Origin: Verrucomicrobiota bacterium | GTDB lineage: Bacteria > Verrucomicrobiota > Verrucomicrobiia > Opitutales > Cerasicoccaceae | Reading direction: 5' to 3' | NCBI GenBank assembly: GCA_039818205.1 | Contig: JBCBUK010000003.1 | Location: 256,001 to 320,000 of the forward strand | DNA length: 64,000 nucleotides | Shown: piece after piece, positions 47,456-57,165 of the stretch | Layout of the letters: every line of letters starts with the position of its first letter | Numbering within the stretch: the first letter of the stretch is position 1 | Program-made: the position numbers and the translations under genes | Notes under the pieces: model-generated | The model's database searches: none | What the model was told of the DNA's origin: nothing | Seen by the model: the letters and a program-made list of their open reading frames with translations, nothing else

Positions 47456-48934
47456 ATGGAATACGAACCGGTAATTGGCTTGGAAGTTCACGTGCAGCTT
47501 AAAACGCGCACGAAGATGTTTACGCGGGTTGCATACGAATATGGTCATGAGCCCAACACCTTGACCAATCCGGTGATCATGGGCCTTCCTGGCACCTTGC
47601 CAGTGATGAATAAAGAAGCGGTCCGCAAGACCGTGCAGCTTGGCCTCATGCTCGGATGTAAGATTACGGAAACCTGCAAGTGGGATCGCAAAAACTATTT
47701 CTACCCGGATAGTCCAAAAAACTATCAGCTTTCTCAATTCGATCAGCCGATTTGCGATGGCGGCGAAGTCGAGATCGAGATGCTGGGTTCTTCGCGCAAC
47801 GTCATGGGCGATCATCGCATGGTCCAGCTGACCCGGATTCACCTTGAAGAAGACGTGGGCAAACTCACGCACTTTGCCAACGATAGTCTGGTGGATTACA
47901 ACCGGGCTGGCGCAGCGTTGTGCGAAATCGTTACCGACCCAAATTTGTATTCCGCCGACGAAGTCTTTGCCTTCATGACGGCGCTGCGAAATATGATCGT
48001 GACCGCTGGCCTTTCGGACTGCGACATGGAGAAGGGGCAGATGCGCTGCGATGCCAATATCTCCGTGCGGCCCAAGGGAACGGATACACTGGGCACGAAG
48101 GTCGAGCTGAAGAACATGAACAGTATCTCAGGTGTGCGCAATGCGGTCGCCTATGAGATCAAGCGGCAGACCCACGCTAAGTTGCACGGTGGCGATACGA
48201 TTGTTCAAGAGACTCGCCGCTGGAATCCAACTTCGTTGACCACCGAGTCAATGCGGATGAAGGAGGAAAGTCATGACTACCGGTACTTCCCGGACCCTGA
48301 CCTCATGCCCGTCACGATCACCGCTGAGCAAGTGGAGAAGATTCGGGCTGAGATTCCGGAGATGCCCTTTGATCGTCAGCGTCGCTACATGGAAACGATG
48401 GACCTTCCGTATACGATCACGTCAGTCCTTTGTCCAGATCGTGAGTTGGCGGAGTTTTTTGAGAAAGCCCTTGAGTTGACCGCTGGTAAATCGACGCCCA
48501 AGGCCGTCGCCAATCTTGTCGCTAACGAATTGATCCGCGACCTATCTGCAGCGGAAGGTGAGGGACGTTTGCCATTGGCCGACTGCCCGATCAAGCCTGA
48601 GCATGTTGCAGAGCTTGTGCTCCTCATTGAAGTCGGAACGATCACCAAGCAGATTGGTAAAGAAGTCTGGGCGGATATGTTTGCCAGCGGAAAGATGCCA
48701 GCAGCGGTTGTCGAAGAGAAAGACCTTGGTGCTAGCAACGATAGCGGAGAACTCGAGGGTATCATTGCCGGAGTCGTGGCCGATCCGAAGCATGACAAGG
48801 CCATCAGCCAATTTAAGGAAGGTAACGCCAAGGCATTGAACTCGTTGATCGGTCCCGTGATGAAAGCGACTCAAGGCAAAGCGAATCCCCAGCAGATTCA
48901 GCAGATCATGCGGGATATTATTGGGAAAATGTAG
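47456..48934 (+). CDS. gatB: Asp/Glu-tRNA amidotransferase subunit B
   Basis: IGLEVHVQL, RKNYFYPD, HLEEDVGK, RCDANIS, DYRYFPDPDL. Confidence 0.98.
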   Translation: MEYEPVIGLEVHVQLKTRTKMFTRVAYEYGHEPNTLTNPVIMGLPGTLPVMNKEAVRKTVQLGLMLGCKITETCKWDRKNYFYPDSPKNYQLSQFDQPICDGGEVEIEMLGSSRNVMGDHRMVQLTRIHLEEDVGKLTHFANDSLVDYNRAGAALCEIVTDPNLYSADEVFAFMTALRNMIVTAGLSDCDMEKGQMRCDANISVRPKGTDTLGTKVELKNMNSISGVRNAVAYEIKRQTHAKLHGGDTIVQETRRWNPTSLTTESMRMKEESHDYRYFPDPDLMPVTITAEQVEKIRAEIPEMPFDRQRRYMETMDLPYTITSVLCPDRELAEFFEKALELTAGKSTPKAVANLVANELIRDLSAAEGEGRLPLADCPIKPEHVAELVLLIEVGTITKQIGKEVWADMFASGKMPAAVVEEKDLGASNDSGELEGIIAGVVADPKHDKAISQFKEGNAKALNSLIGPVMKATQGKANPQQIQQIMRDIIGKM

Positions 48935-48966
48935 TCGCGATTCGCGGCTGTCGTTAATCGCCTCTG

Positions 48967-49560
48967 CTAAAAACGGATGCAGGGCTCATCCATGTTGTGT
49001 TCGTATCCGAGGACAACCACGGCCGCCGTCGAGAGGACGAAGTAGCGGCCCGCACTGGCCGGTAATCCGAGCCACCGCGCCATCACCACGCGTAAAAAAT
49101 GGCCATGGGAAAACGCAAAGGCCTCTTTGGACTCAATACTGCGGAGGCGTTGTATGACCCGGTCGGCACGGTCTGAAACCATTTCAACAGATTCGCCGCC
49201 TGGCGCGCCATCGTCAAAGATGTTCCAGCCGGGGCGGTCGTCTTGGATCTCCTTGGTGGTCCGCCCCTCATATTCCCCGTAGTCCCATTCCATCAGGTCA
49301 TCGAGTAGCTCGATGGATTGGCTGCGGGTGGCAATCGTGCAGGTTTCCTGAGCGCGTTTGAGCGGGCTGCTAAAAATGTGATCGGGCAGGGGGCAATTGT
49401 TTGGATCGTCACAACGATCGAGCAGGCGTTGACGGACGTGCTCGGCTTCCTTGCGCCCTCCCTCAGTCAGTGGGAGGTCGGTGCGTCCCGTGTGTTGGCG
49501 ACTGATGGTCCAGGCGGTTTCGCCGTGGCGTGCGAGATAGATAGTTGGGAAATCACTCAC
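48967..49560 (-). CDS. Histidine phosphatase (phosphoglycerate mutase family)
   Basis: ARHGET, SSPLKRA, EWDYGEYEG, FSHGH; GTG start assumed. Confidence 0.92.
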   Translation of the reverse strand: MSDFPTIYLARHGETAWTISRQHTGRTDLPLTEGGRKEAEHVRQRLLDRCDDPNNCPLPDHIFSSPLKRAQETCTIATRSQSIELLDDLMEWDYGEYEGRTTKEIQDDRPGWNIFDDGAPGGESVEMVSDRADRVIQRLRSIESKEAFAFSHGHFLRVVMARWLGLPASAGRYFVLSTAAVVVLGYEHNMDEPCIRF

Positions 49561-49700
49561 TAAGCAGCGGAGCATAATTGTCGCGTTGGGCTTGGCAACC
49601 GCGAATCCCCTAGACAAAAGTAGTACTGTCTTCGAAATTGATCCTGCTATCGTAGGGAACACTGCTTCGAGCATTCATGTATTAACGGATCAGAATCTTT

Positions 49701-50678
49701 ATGAAATACCGCCAATTAGGAACCTCCGACGTTAAAGTAAGTGAAATCAGCCTGGGTTGTTGGACCATGGGCGGTCTCAACTGGGTCGACGGCAGCCCCA
49801 ACGGATGGGCTGATGTCAACGAGGACGAGATCGCGGCCGCGATCAAGCTCGCCGTGGATGCCGGCGTCAACCACTTCGACAACGCAGATGTTTACGGTAA
49901 TGGGAACGCCGAACGCATGTTGGCGCGGGTGCTCAAGCGCTTGGGGCTGAAGAGCGAGGACTATGTCATCGCGAGCAAAATGGGGCACTTTTCAGGAACC
50001 GCCGAGCGTGCCTATGAGCCGGCGCATATTCGGCATCAATGCGAGCAGTCGTTGATCAATTTACAACGCGACTACCTGGATATCTATTATTTCCACCACG
50101 GCAACTTTGGTAAAGACGGCGAGTATCTCGACGATGCCGTGGCGGTCATGAACGCCTTGGTCGACGAAGGCAAGGTGCGGCTAAAGGGCCAATCAGCCTA
50201 CACGGTTGCCCATTTTAAGCGGGCGATTCCGGCCGTTCAGCCGACCGTGGTACAAAGCTGGGCGCATATGGAGTCACACGAGTTTATTGATGAGAACGGT
50301 CCAGTTTCTCAGCTGATGAAGGAGTACGACTGCTCCTATGTGGCGTTCAGTCCTCTGGGTCAAGGTCGCTTGCTCGGGAAGTTCGACCCCAAGAATCCAC
50401 CGAAGTTTGAAGCGGGTGACCACCGGGCGAAGAGCGATGCGTTTTCAGCTGAGAGCTTGGCGGCACTACAGCCAAAGATTGATGCCCTGAAGGAGCGTTT
50501 TGGCGATTCGGTGAATCGGCTTTCGGCTGTTGCTCAGCAGTTTGTGCTATCCCACCCACGGGTTGCCTGCGTCATCCCTGGCTTTCGCAACGAACGCCAG
50601 GTAACCTGCAATTTGGCAGCAGATGGATTCGAGCTCAGCAACGCCGATTTGCAGTTTATTCGGAGCCTGTTCGAATAG
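49701..50678 (+). CDS. Aldo/keto reductase
   Basis: VSEISLGCW, FDNADVYG, YLDIYYFH, FSPLGQG, VIPG. Confidence 0.93.
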   Translation: MKYRQLGTSDVKVSEISLGCWTMGGLNWVDGSPNGWADVNEDEIAAAIKLAVDAGVNHFDNADVYGNGNAERMLARVLKRLGLKSEDYVIASKMGHFSGTAERAYEPAHIRHQCEQSLINLQRDYLDIYYFHHGNFGKDGEYLDDAVAVMNALVDEGKVRLKGQSAYTVAHFKRAIPAVQPTVVQSWAHMESHEFIDENGPVSQLMKEYDCSYVAFSPLGQGRLLGKFDPKNPPKFEAGDHRAKSDAFSAESLAALQPKIDALKERFGDSVNRLSAVAQQFVLSHPRVACVIPGFRNERQVTCNLAADGFELSNADLQFIRSLFE

Positions 50679-50691
50679 TCCCAGGGCATAG

Positions 50692-50718
50692 ACCCCAGCT
50701 AATTTGATGGGGTTTTTT
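50692..50718 (+). terminator. Probable terminator after the aldo/keto reductase gene
   Basis: GACCCCA-loop-TGGGGTT followed by a T run. Confidence 0.6.
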
Positions 50719-50813
50719 GAACCCGCTCTTGACCCATTCTCGATTGTAGAGAGAATGGGGGATGATTGCGGCATATTGTTTGCTGCGCTTTCACTTGTTG
50801 CTCCAATAGGAAT

Positions 50814-51188
50814 ATGGCTCGTATTCTAGTTATCGACGACCAGCCCGGCGTGCGGGAGATGATTGCTATGATGATCCAGCGTGCAGGGCATGAATGCTTT
50901 GAGGCAAGGGATGGTAATCGTGGCCTAAAGCTCGTCGAGCAGGTGAACTTGGATTTGGTCATTACCGATATTCTGATGCCTGAAAAGGAGGGCATTGAAA
51001 CGATAATTGAACTGCGGAAACGTTTCCCAGCTATTCGCGTGGTCGCGATATCGGGCGGCGGAGATTCTAAGAAATTCGATTACCTGCCGATGGCGGAGAA
51101 GCTGGGCGCACATGCGACGCTCCGGAAGCCCTTCGATCAGGCGGCGCTGCTTGGTATTGTCGAGAATCTGTTGAGTGCCGAGGGATAA
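50814..51188 (+). CDS. Single-domain response regulator (CheY-like)
   Basis: ILVIDD, DLVITDILMP, AISGG, LRKPF. Confidence 0.93.
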   Translation: MARILVIDDQPGVREMIAMMIQRAGHECFEARDGNRGLKLVEQVNLDLVITDILMPEKEGIETIIELRKRFPAIRVVAISGGGDSKKFDYLPMAEKLGAHATLRKPFDQAALLGIVENLLSAEG

Positions 51189-51219
51189 TGACGTGATCGG
51201 CCCAGTCTTCAGCCAGGCA

Positions 51220-53781
51220 ATGTGCCGATACGCATTTTTCCTCGTTTGCATACTGGCAAACTTACTGGCCGGCCCGCGAGCTCTGGCGCTTGTCACCTTC
51301 ACGGCCAACGACGAAATTTTAAAACTTTCGCGGGAGGAGGCAGCCAATGATCATCCCGTATCGGTTGAGGGCGTCGTAATCTACTATGCCCCGCACATTA
51401 TTGATGGCGATTATTGCTGGGGAGACGTCTTCCTGCACGATGGCGTTCGGCCGATCTACGTTAACCTGAAGGCGCCCGTACATGGGCTTTCGGTTGGGGA
51501 TCAGATCCGCGTAGATGGTGTAACGGGGCCAGGTAATTTTGCCCCAATTATCGAAGAGGTAACGGTTGCCATTTTAGGGAAAGGCATCATCCCTGAACCG
51601 GTTGAGGTCAATGTGTCTCGCGTGTTTAGTGGCCGATTCTCCGGGGAATGGGTTGCGCTGGATGCAACTGTTCGGATGGCAACCACCGATGGCTATTACC
51701 TGATTCTCGATATTGGCGATGGTTCAAATTTCGTCGATGCACTGGTTCCACAGTATACGTCGAGTGATGTTCCCGAGGGATTAATTGGATCTAAAATTCA
51801 CGTCCGTGGCGTCGTTAGCCAAGTGCTTAACCCACTGGGCCAAGTGATCAATGATCGCATCTGGATTCCAAATTTGGACTACATTTCGCAGGTCGAGCCG
51901 GCACCAGAGAAGGGACTTGAATTCGTCACCAAAAAGGTTAGCCAGCTCGGGCGCTACGATCCTGATCCATCGCCCAATGATTACGTTGAGCTTCGTGGCC
52001 AAGTGACTTATATGGACCGGTTTGGGCTGATTTATTTGCAGGATGATAGTGGTGGTGTGCGCGTCAAACCCATGAGTTCTCGGCAGAACATTGCAGTCGG
52101 TGACCACATTTCCGTGATCGGTATTCCCATGAAATCGGGCAACCGCATCTTGCTGGGAAATGCCGTCGTAACTTCAGTTGAGCGAGGCGAACTGGAAAAA
52201 CCGCCGATGCTTTCGCCACTCAAGAGCGTTGAGCTTTACCTGGATGCGCGTCGGATTTCGCTTGAAGGCAACGTCGTCGAATACGATCAAACTGAGGACG
52301 GAGTAATCATTCACATGAATGACAATGGATTGCCGATTGAAGCTTACCTTCGAACGGATAATCAGCGGGCGGCTATTAAGAAGGCGCGACCCGGTAACTA
52401 TGTCCGTGTTACTGGGATCAGCGAGATCGAGACCTTGGGCCACGACTCCGCTCAGATGGTTCTGCGATTAGCGTCTTTGAATGATATCCAGGTGATGGAA
52501 CGCGCGCCGTGGTGGAACGTTCGTCGCATGGCATATGTAGCGATGGGCGTTCTCACGATTGCGCTCCTTGCGTTTCTTTGGACCTTTACGCTAAAGCGAA
52601 AGATCGGCCTGCAAACGGAGGAGATTCGGCAGCGCCTTGAACGCGAGACCGACTTGGAGAACCGCTTGCGAGAGTTGTTCAATGGGATGCCCGATCCGCT
52701 TCTGCTCACCGACGAAGAAGGTCGAATCCAAGAAGCAAATCCGGCGGCAGCAAAATTTTATGACGTCTCACGCTCGGACCTAAAGTTAAAGCGCCTGCAC
52801 GATTTCGTTCCCCGGACGGACCAGACAAACTTCCAGGATTTCTTTCATGAACTGATGGCGGGCAAGCGAATGCACGGACAGCTTGAACATCGCAATGCCC
52901 AGGGACACTTGACTTCCGTGGAGTGGAATGCAAATCGCATCCTGGTCGACGGCAAGCAGCTCTTGTTGATCCAGGTTCGTGATCTGACTGAACGGCGTTC
53001 GCTTGAAGCCCAGCTCACGCATGCTCAGCGAATGGAAACCGTTGGGCGACTAGCATCGGGAATCGCCCACGATTTCAATAATCTACTCACGATTCTCCGA
53101 GGTGGAGTTGGTATGCTAGGCGATGATTTAGACCAAGAGTCTGAAGACGGTCGAATCGTACGCATGATGGACGACGCGGTGACGCAGGCCTCGAAACTCA
53201 CCCACAAATTGCTTACTTTCAGCCGCCGTGAGCCCTTGGTTAAATCGAATGTCAGTTTGAACGTAACAATTAGTGGAGTGGGTGCCCTGCTCGAGCGCGT
53301 GAAACCTGACAACGTCCGGCTGTTTACGAACCCGGAGCCGGACGTTCCTGATATCTTGGCTGACGGGAACATGCTCGAGCAAGTGATGCTTAATCTAGCG
53401 ATCAATGCCTTTGATGCGATGCCGGATGGCGGTAGTTTGGTCCTGAGTGCATCGTCAGTAGAAGTCGACGAAGAGCATGCCCAGCGCGAGAGTTATGCGC
53501 GAGTGGGCCGCTTCGTGGTGATCTCGGTCAAAGACGATGGGATCGGCATGGACGAACGGACCAGTGACCGCATCTTCGAGCCATTTTTCAGTACAAAAGA
53601 AGTCGGGAAGGGCACTGGGCTTGGGCTATCCATCGTCTATGGCGTCGTCAGCGAACATAGTGGTTGGATCGAGTTGGAGACCGCTCCGGGTGAGGGGAGC
53701 GAGTTTCGTTTATATTTCCCGGTGGATAGCGCCGATGAGGTGATTGAGGATCGGACCCGCGCTTACCGGTTGCATGGCTAG
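51220..53781 (+). CDS. Membrane sensor histidine kinase (repeat ectodomain, TM, PAS, HisKA, HATPase)
   Basis: PWWN-TM helix; PAS FNGMPD...EANPAA; GIAHDFNNLL; NLAINAFDAM; DDGIGM; FFSTK..GKGTGLGL. Confidence 0.93.
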   Translation: MCRYAFFLVCILANLLAGPRALALVTFTANDEILKLSREEAANDHPVSVEGVVIYYAPHIIDGDYCWGDVFLHDGVRPIYVNLKAPVHGLSVGDQIRVDGVTGPGNFAPIIEEVTVAILGKGIIPEPVEVNVSRVFSGRFSGEWVALDATVRMATTDGYYLILDIGDGSNFVDALVPQYTSSDVPEGLIGSKIHVRGVVSQVLNPLGQVINDRIWIPNLDYISQVEPAPEKGLEFVTKKVSQLGRYDPDPSPNDYVELRGQVTYMDRFGLIYLQDDSGGVRVKPMSSRQNIAVGDHISVIGIPMKSGNRILLGNAVVTSVERGELEKPPMLSPLKSVELYLDARRISLEGNVVEYDQTEDGVIIHMNDNGLPIEAYLRTDNQRAAIKKARPGNYVRVTGISEIETLGHDSAQMVLRLASLNDIQVMERAPWWNVRRMAYVAMGVLTIALLAFLWTFTLKRKIGLQTEEIRQRLERETDLENRLRELFNGMPDPLLLTDEEGRIQEANPAAAKFYDVSRSDLKLKRLHDFVPRTDQTNFQDFFHELMAGKRMHGQLEHRNAQGHLTSVEWNANRILVDGKQLLLIQVRDLTERRSLEAQLTHAQRMETVGRLASGIAHDFNNLLTILRGGVGMLGDDLDQESEDGRIVRMMDDAVTQASKLTHKLLTFSRREPLVKSNVSLNVTISGVGALLERVKPDNVRLFTNPEPDVPDILADGNMLEQVMLNLAINAFDAMPDGGSLVLSASSVEVDEEHAQRESYARVGRFVVISVKDDGIGMDERTSDRIFEPFFSTKEVGKGTGLGLSIVYGVVSEHSGWIELETAPGEGSEFRLYFPVDSADEVIEDRTRAYRLHG

Positions 53782-54434
53782 GTGGAGAATGCCGCCGCCA
53801 GGTAATCAATCAGCATTTTTCCCACTGCAGTTTTACTCGCCGGGCCAAGCACGTTGCGGGAACCATCGGCGCCAATAACGACCAGTGTATTGTCGTCTGC
53901 CTCGAAGGCATTGTTGCTTCCGCCGACTTGGTTGGCGCAGATGAAGTCCAAGTTTTTCTCGTTCAGCTTCCGCATCGCGTAGCCTTCGACGTCGTCGGTC
54001 TCAGCGGCAAAACCCACGACGACTTGCTGGTCCGACTTCGTTGCGGCAACGGTTTTTAGAATGTCAGTCGTCGGTTCAAACTCGACGGTCCATTGCATGT
54101 CGCCCTTCTTGACTTTGTGGTCGACGCATTGCTTTGGGCGCATGTCGCACACGGCCGCCGTTTTAATGAGCACGTCGCATTGCGAAAAACGGCGCTGCAC
54201 GGCGGCAAGCATCTCATCGCCGGTAACGACTTTTTCGCAGTCAACGCCTTCGGGTGCTGCTAGTGCAACTGGTCCAGTGACCAGCTCAACTTGCCAGCCT
54301 CGGTCACGGGCAGCTGCGGCAATGGCGAAACCCATCTTGCCGCTGGATGGGTTGGTGACAAAGCGAACCGGGTCCAACCATTCCCGGGTCGGGCCCGCCG
54401 TAATCAGACAGCGAATCGGTTGGGAAGCACTCAT
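53778..54434 (-). CDS. coaB: Phosphopantothenate-cysteine ligase (stand-alone CoaB domain)
   Basis: [37 protein letters not shown]; no CoaC flavoprotein domain. Confidence 0.9.
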   Translation of the reverse strand: MSASQPIRCLITAGPTREWLDPVRFVTNPSSGKMGFAIAAAARDRGWQVELVTGPVALAAPEGVDCEKVVTGDEMLAAVQRRFSQCDVLIKTAAVCDMRPKQCVDHKVKKGDMQWTVEFEPTTDILKTVAATKSDQQVVVGFAAETDDVEGYAMRKLNEKNLDFICANQVGGSNNAFEADDNTLVVIGADGSRNVLGPASKTAVGKMLIDYLAAAFST

Positions 54435-54518
54435 AGGAACAAGATTTGCGGCCACCCTGGGCAAGGCAATGACTATTTCTGGTTTGACTAGGCCCGGCAC
54501 AAGGTCTTTCCCCAATGC

Positions 54519-55238
54519 ATGCCGCCACCAAAGCGCGAAAACCTTTTCCTCAACCTCGGCTTCAACCTTCTTTTGCCGGTCATCATCCTGAACAAGGGTG
54601 CGAAGCTCTTGCCGTTCCTGCCACCTGCGGGGGTCATGATCGTCGCGCTACTCTTTCCGGTGTGCTACTTTTTCTATGACCTCAAGACGCGCAAGAAATA
54701 CAACCTGCTCTCAATTCTTGGGATGGTTGGCGTCTTGTTGACGGGCAGCATTGGCTTGATGAAGCTTAGTCCCATGGTGTTTGCGATCAAGGAAACAGCG
54801 ATGCCGCTGTTGATCGGTGTGGCGGTTGTTGCCTCCTTGAAAACGAAAAACCCGCTTATTCACGCCATCCTCTACAACCCCGAGATATTCGACGCTGAAA
54901 AGATCGATTCGCGTCTGGATACGGCGGAGAAAAAAGGTGCCTTCGACAAGCTGATGGTCGCTTGTACGTGGATCATTGCAGCGTCGTTTCTTTTTAGTGC
55001 GATCCTCAATTTCTTCATCACTCGCATGATCGTGACCACGAATCCGAAGATCGATCAGGCCGCGTTTAATGCCGAGGTCGGCACCCAGTATTGGGTCAGC
55101 TTGATCGTGATCGGTATCTGCACCTTGCCAATCAGTTTGTTCGCAATGATCAAACTCTTCAAAGGCATCGAACGCCTCACTGACCTAAAAATGGAAGAAG
55201 TCCTCCACGACCAACAAGGCAAAGAGGAGAAGGCGTAA
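54519..55238 (+). CDS. VC0807-like membrane protein
   Basis: [43 protein letters not shown]; about 6 TM helices. Confidence 0.75.
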   Translation: MPPPKRENLFLNLGFNLLLPVIILNKGAKLLPFLPPAGVMIVALLFPVCYFFYDLKTRKKYNLLSILGMVGVLLTGSIGLMKLSPMVFAIKETAMPLLIGVAVVASLKTKNPLIHAILYNPEIFDAEKIDSRLDTAEKKGAFDKLMVACTWIIAASFLFSAILNFFITRMIVTTNPKIDQAAFNAEVGTQYWVSLIVIGICTLPISLFAMIKLFKGIERLTDLKMEEVLHDQQGKEEKA

Positions 55239-55239
55239 T

Positions 55240-55902
55240 GTGAAAACGAAAAAGGCTAGCCCCAGCTTCTGGTTGTATTGGATACCGTCGTTAATCGTCC
55301 TTGGCGGAATCTTGGTGCTGCTCGTTCCAACCTACAAGAGCATCATGATGAATATCTCCAGTTCGGCTGGTTCGATTGGCACGGACCAGTTGGATATGCT
55401 CGCCTTGATTGTGGTGCTTGCGCTTGGTTCTTTTCTCGCAATCAAAAATTATCAGCTCAGGGTGGGCCGATTGATGTCCTTTCTCGCGTTGTTTTCTTTC
55501 AGTATCTTGGTTATATCCGTTGTCGCGGTATTTGGATTCGGATTTACGGAAGGTTTCAGCAAGAAAGGTGGAAACCAACGCGTGGTAACTATTGAGGAGG
55601 ACTATCTCTACATTCTCGAGTTTCCTGGGTCGGATTTTGGAGTTATCGTTAGAAGCTCAGAGCAGGATTATTCGGTGAATGCTGGAACCAGTAAGAAATC
55701 GTTCAGCGTAGATTCTTACAACGGCAAACTAGGTTACTCCTTTATTGAGTATCGAGCTGACGGACGTCTATTTGTTTGGGATCGTGACGGTGATGCTCTG
55801 CCAGATATTCGAACCCGAACCTACTCGGACGGTAGGGAAAGGATCTTTGAAGATTCCGAGATCAACTGGGTTCCGAGAGTGCGCAAAGATTCGGAAAAAT
55901 AG
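55240..55902 (+). CDS. Hypothetical membrane protein
   Basis: Three N-terminal hydrophobic helices; soluble C-terminus with DRDGDALPD. Confidence 0.6.
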   Translation: MKTKKASPSFWLYWIPSLIVLGGILVLLVPTYKSIMMNISSSAGSIGTDQLDMLALIVVLALGSFLAIKNYQLRVGRLMSFLALFSFSILVISVVAVFGFGFTEGFSKKGGNQRVVTIEEDYLYILEFPGSDFGVIVRSSEQDYSVNAGTSKKSFSVDSYNGKLGYSFIEYRADGRLFVWDRDGDALPDIRTRTYSDGRERIFEDSEINWVPRVRKDSEK

Positions 55903-55910
55903 TCAGCCCA

Positions 55911-56918
55911 TCAACCCCCAGCCACTTCTTTAGCGAAGTAGGTGAGGATCATGTCGGCGCCGGCGCGTTTGATGGCGAGTAAGGCTTCGTCTCGGGTGCG
56001 TTCGTAGTCGAGCCAGCCAAGCTGGGACGCGGCGTGGATCTGCGAGTATTCGCCCGAGACCTGATAAGCGGCGACTGGTAGGTCGGTGCGTTGGCGCAGG
56101 TCGCGAATAATATCCAGGTATGCGCCGGCCGGTTTCACCATGAGCACATCGGCTCCCTCGGCCTCATCGAGTTCGGTTTCGATCCGAGCCGCCCGCCGAT
56201 TCGCCGGATCGCACTGGTAGGTCTGCTTGCCGAGCAAGTGCGTTCCCGCGGCTTGCGCACTGCCAACCGCGTCACGGAAGGGGCCGTAAAAGGCGCTGTT
56301 GAACTTCGCGGAGTAGGCCATGATGGCGGTGCCCGAGAGACCCGACTCATCGAGTGCGCTTCGAATCGCGCCAACGCGGCCATCCATCATGTCCGACGGG
56401 GCCACGAAGTCTGCGCCAGCGTCCGCGTTGAGCACGGCCATGCGTGCAAGAATCTCCACGGTTATATCGTTATCGACGTCCTGCTTGTCCTCGGTCAAGA
56501 CGCCGTCGTGCCCGTGATCGGTGTAAGGGTCAAGCGCGACATCCGTGATAAGCGCCAGCCCCGGGACGGCGGCTTTCACCGCGCGGACCGCCCGCAAAAT
56601 CAAGGTTTCGGGATTGAGTGCTTCAACGCCGTTTTCCGTCTTTAGAGATGGATCGAGTTTGGGAAATACCGCAACAGCCGGAATCCCGAGGTCAGCCAGC
56701 AGGCGGCACTCCTCGACGAGCTTTGAAATTGTCAGGCGACTCTGGCCAGGCATCGACGCGATGGGCTCCGACTCGCCCTCGCCGTCGATCACGAATAGGG
56801 GCTGAATCAAATCTTCGGTGCGAACCGCATTCTCGCGCACCAAACGGCGGATTGCTTCGGTCCGGCGGTGTCGCCGGGGACGATACGGAATATTCAGGCG
56901 GATCGGACTGTCGCTCAT
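55911..56918 (-). CDS. hemB: Porphobilinogen synthase (Asp-rich, non-zinc type)
   Basis: RPRR.R, DVALDPYTDHGHDG, APSDMMDGR, MVKPA, AYQVSGEY. Confidence 0.97.
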   Translation of the reverse strand: MSDSPIRLNIPYRPRRHRRTEAIRRLVRENAVRTEDLIQPLFVIDGEGESEPIASMPGQSRLTISKLVEECRLLADLGIPAVAVFPKLDPSLKTENGVEALNPETLILRAVRAVKAAVPGLALITDVALDPYTDHGHDGVLTEDKQDVDNDITVEILARMAVLNADAGADFVAPSDMMDGRVGAIRSALDESGLSGTAIMAYSAKFNSAFYGPFRDAVGSAQAAGTHLLGKQTYQCDPANRRAARIETELDEAEGADVLMVKPAGAYLDIIRDLRQRTDLPVAAYQVSGEYSQIHAASQLGWLDYERTRDEALLAIKRAGADMILTYFAKEVAGG

Positions 56919-57097
56919 ACGGCCTAATCTACGTCCCAACCCTCACTTGGCCAGCCCAAGGTTCTGGTCGGTCACTTCTTTCTTTGAGCATGTCAGCGTT
57001 GAGATATTGGAACACAGTCGGCTGGTCGGATTCATGGTTTGGGTGCCGCGACACGCTTCCAAGCTTCCTTTGGCATACGTCATTGGCGTATCATTGG

Positions 57098-57116
57098 ATC
57101 CAACCACTGGTTGGAT
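57098..57116. promoter_or_regulatory. Perfect 9-1-9 palindrome between divergent hemB and cysS
   Basis: ATCCAACCA-C-TGGTTGGAT. Confidence 0.5.
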
Positions 57117-57165
57117 TTAGGGTTTGAAACGTGGCGAAAATCGATTGTGCTCATTCCTCTTAATT

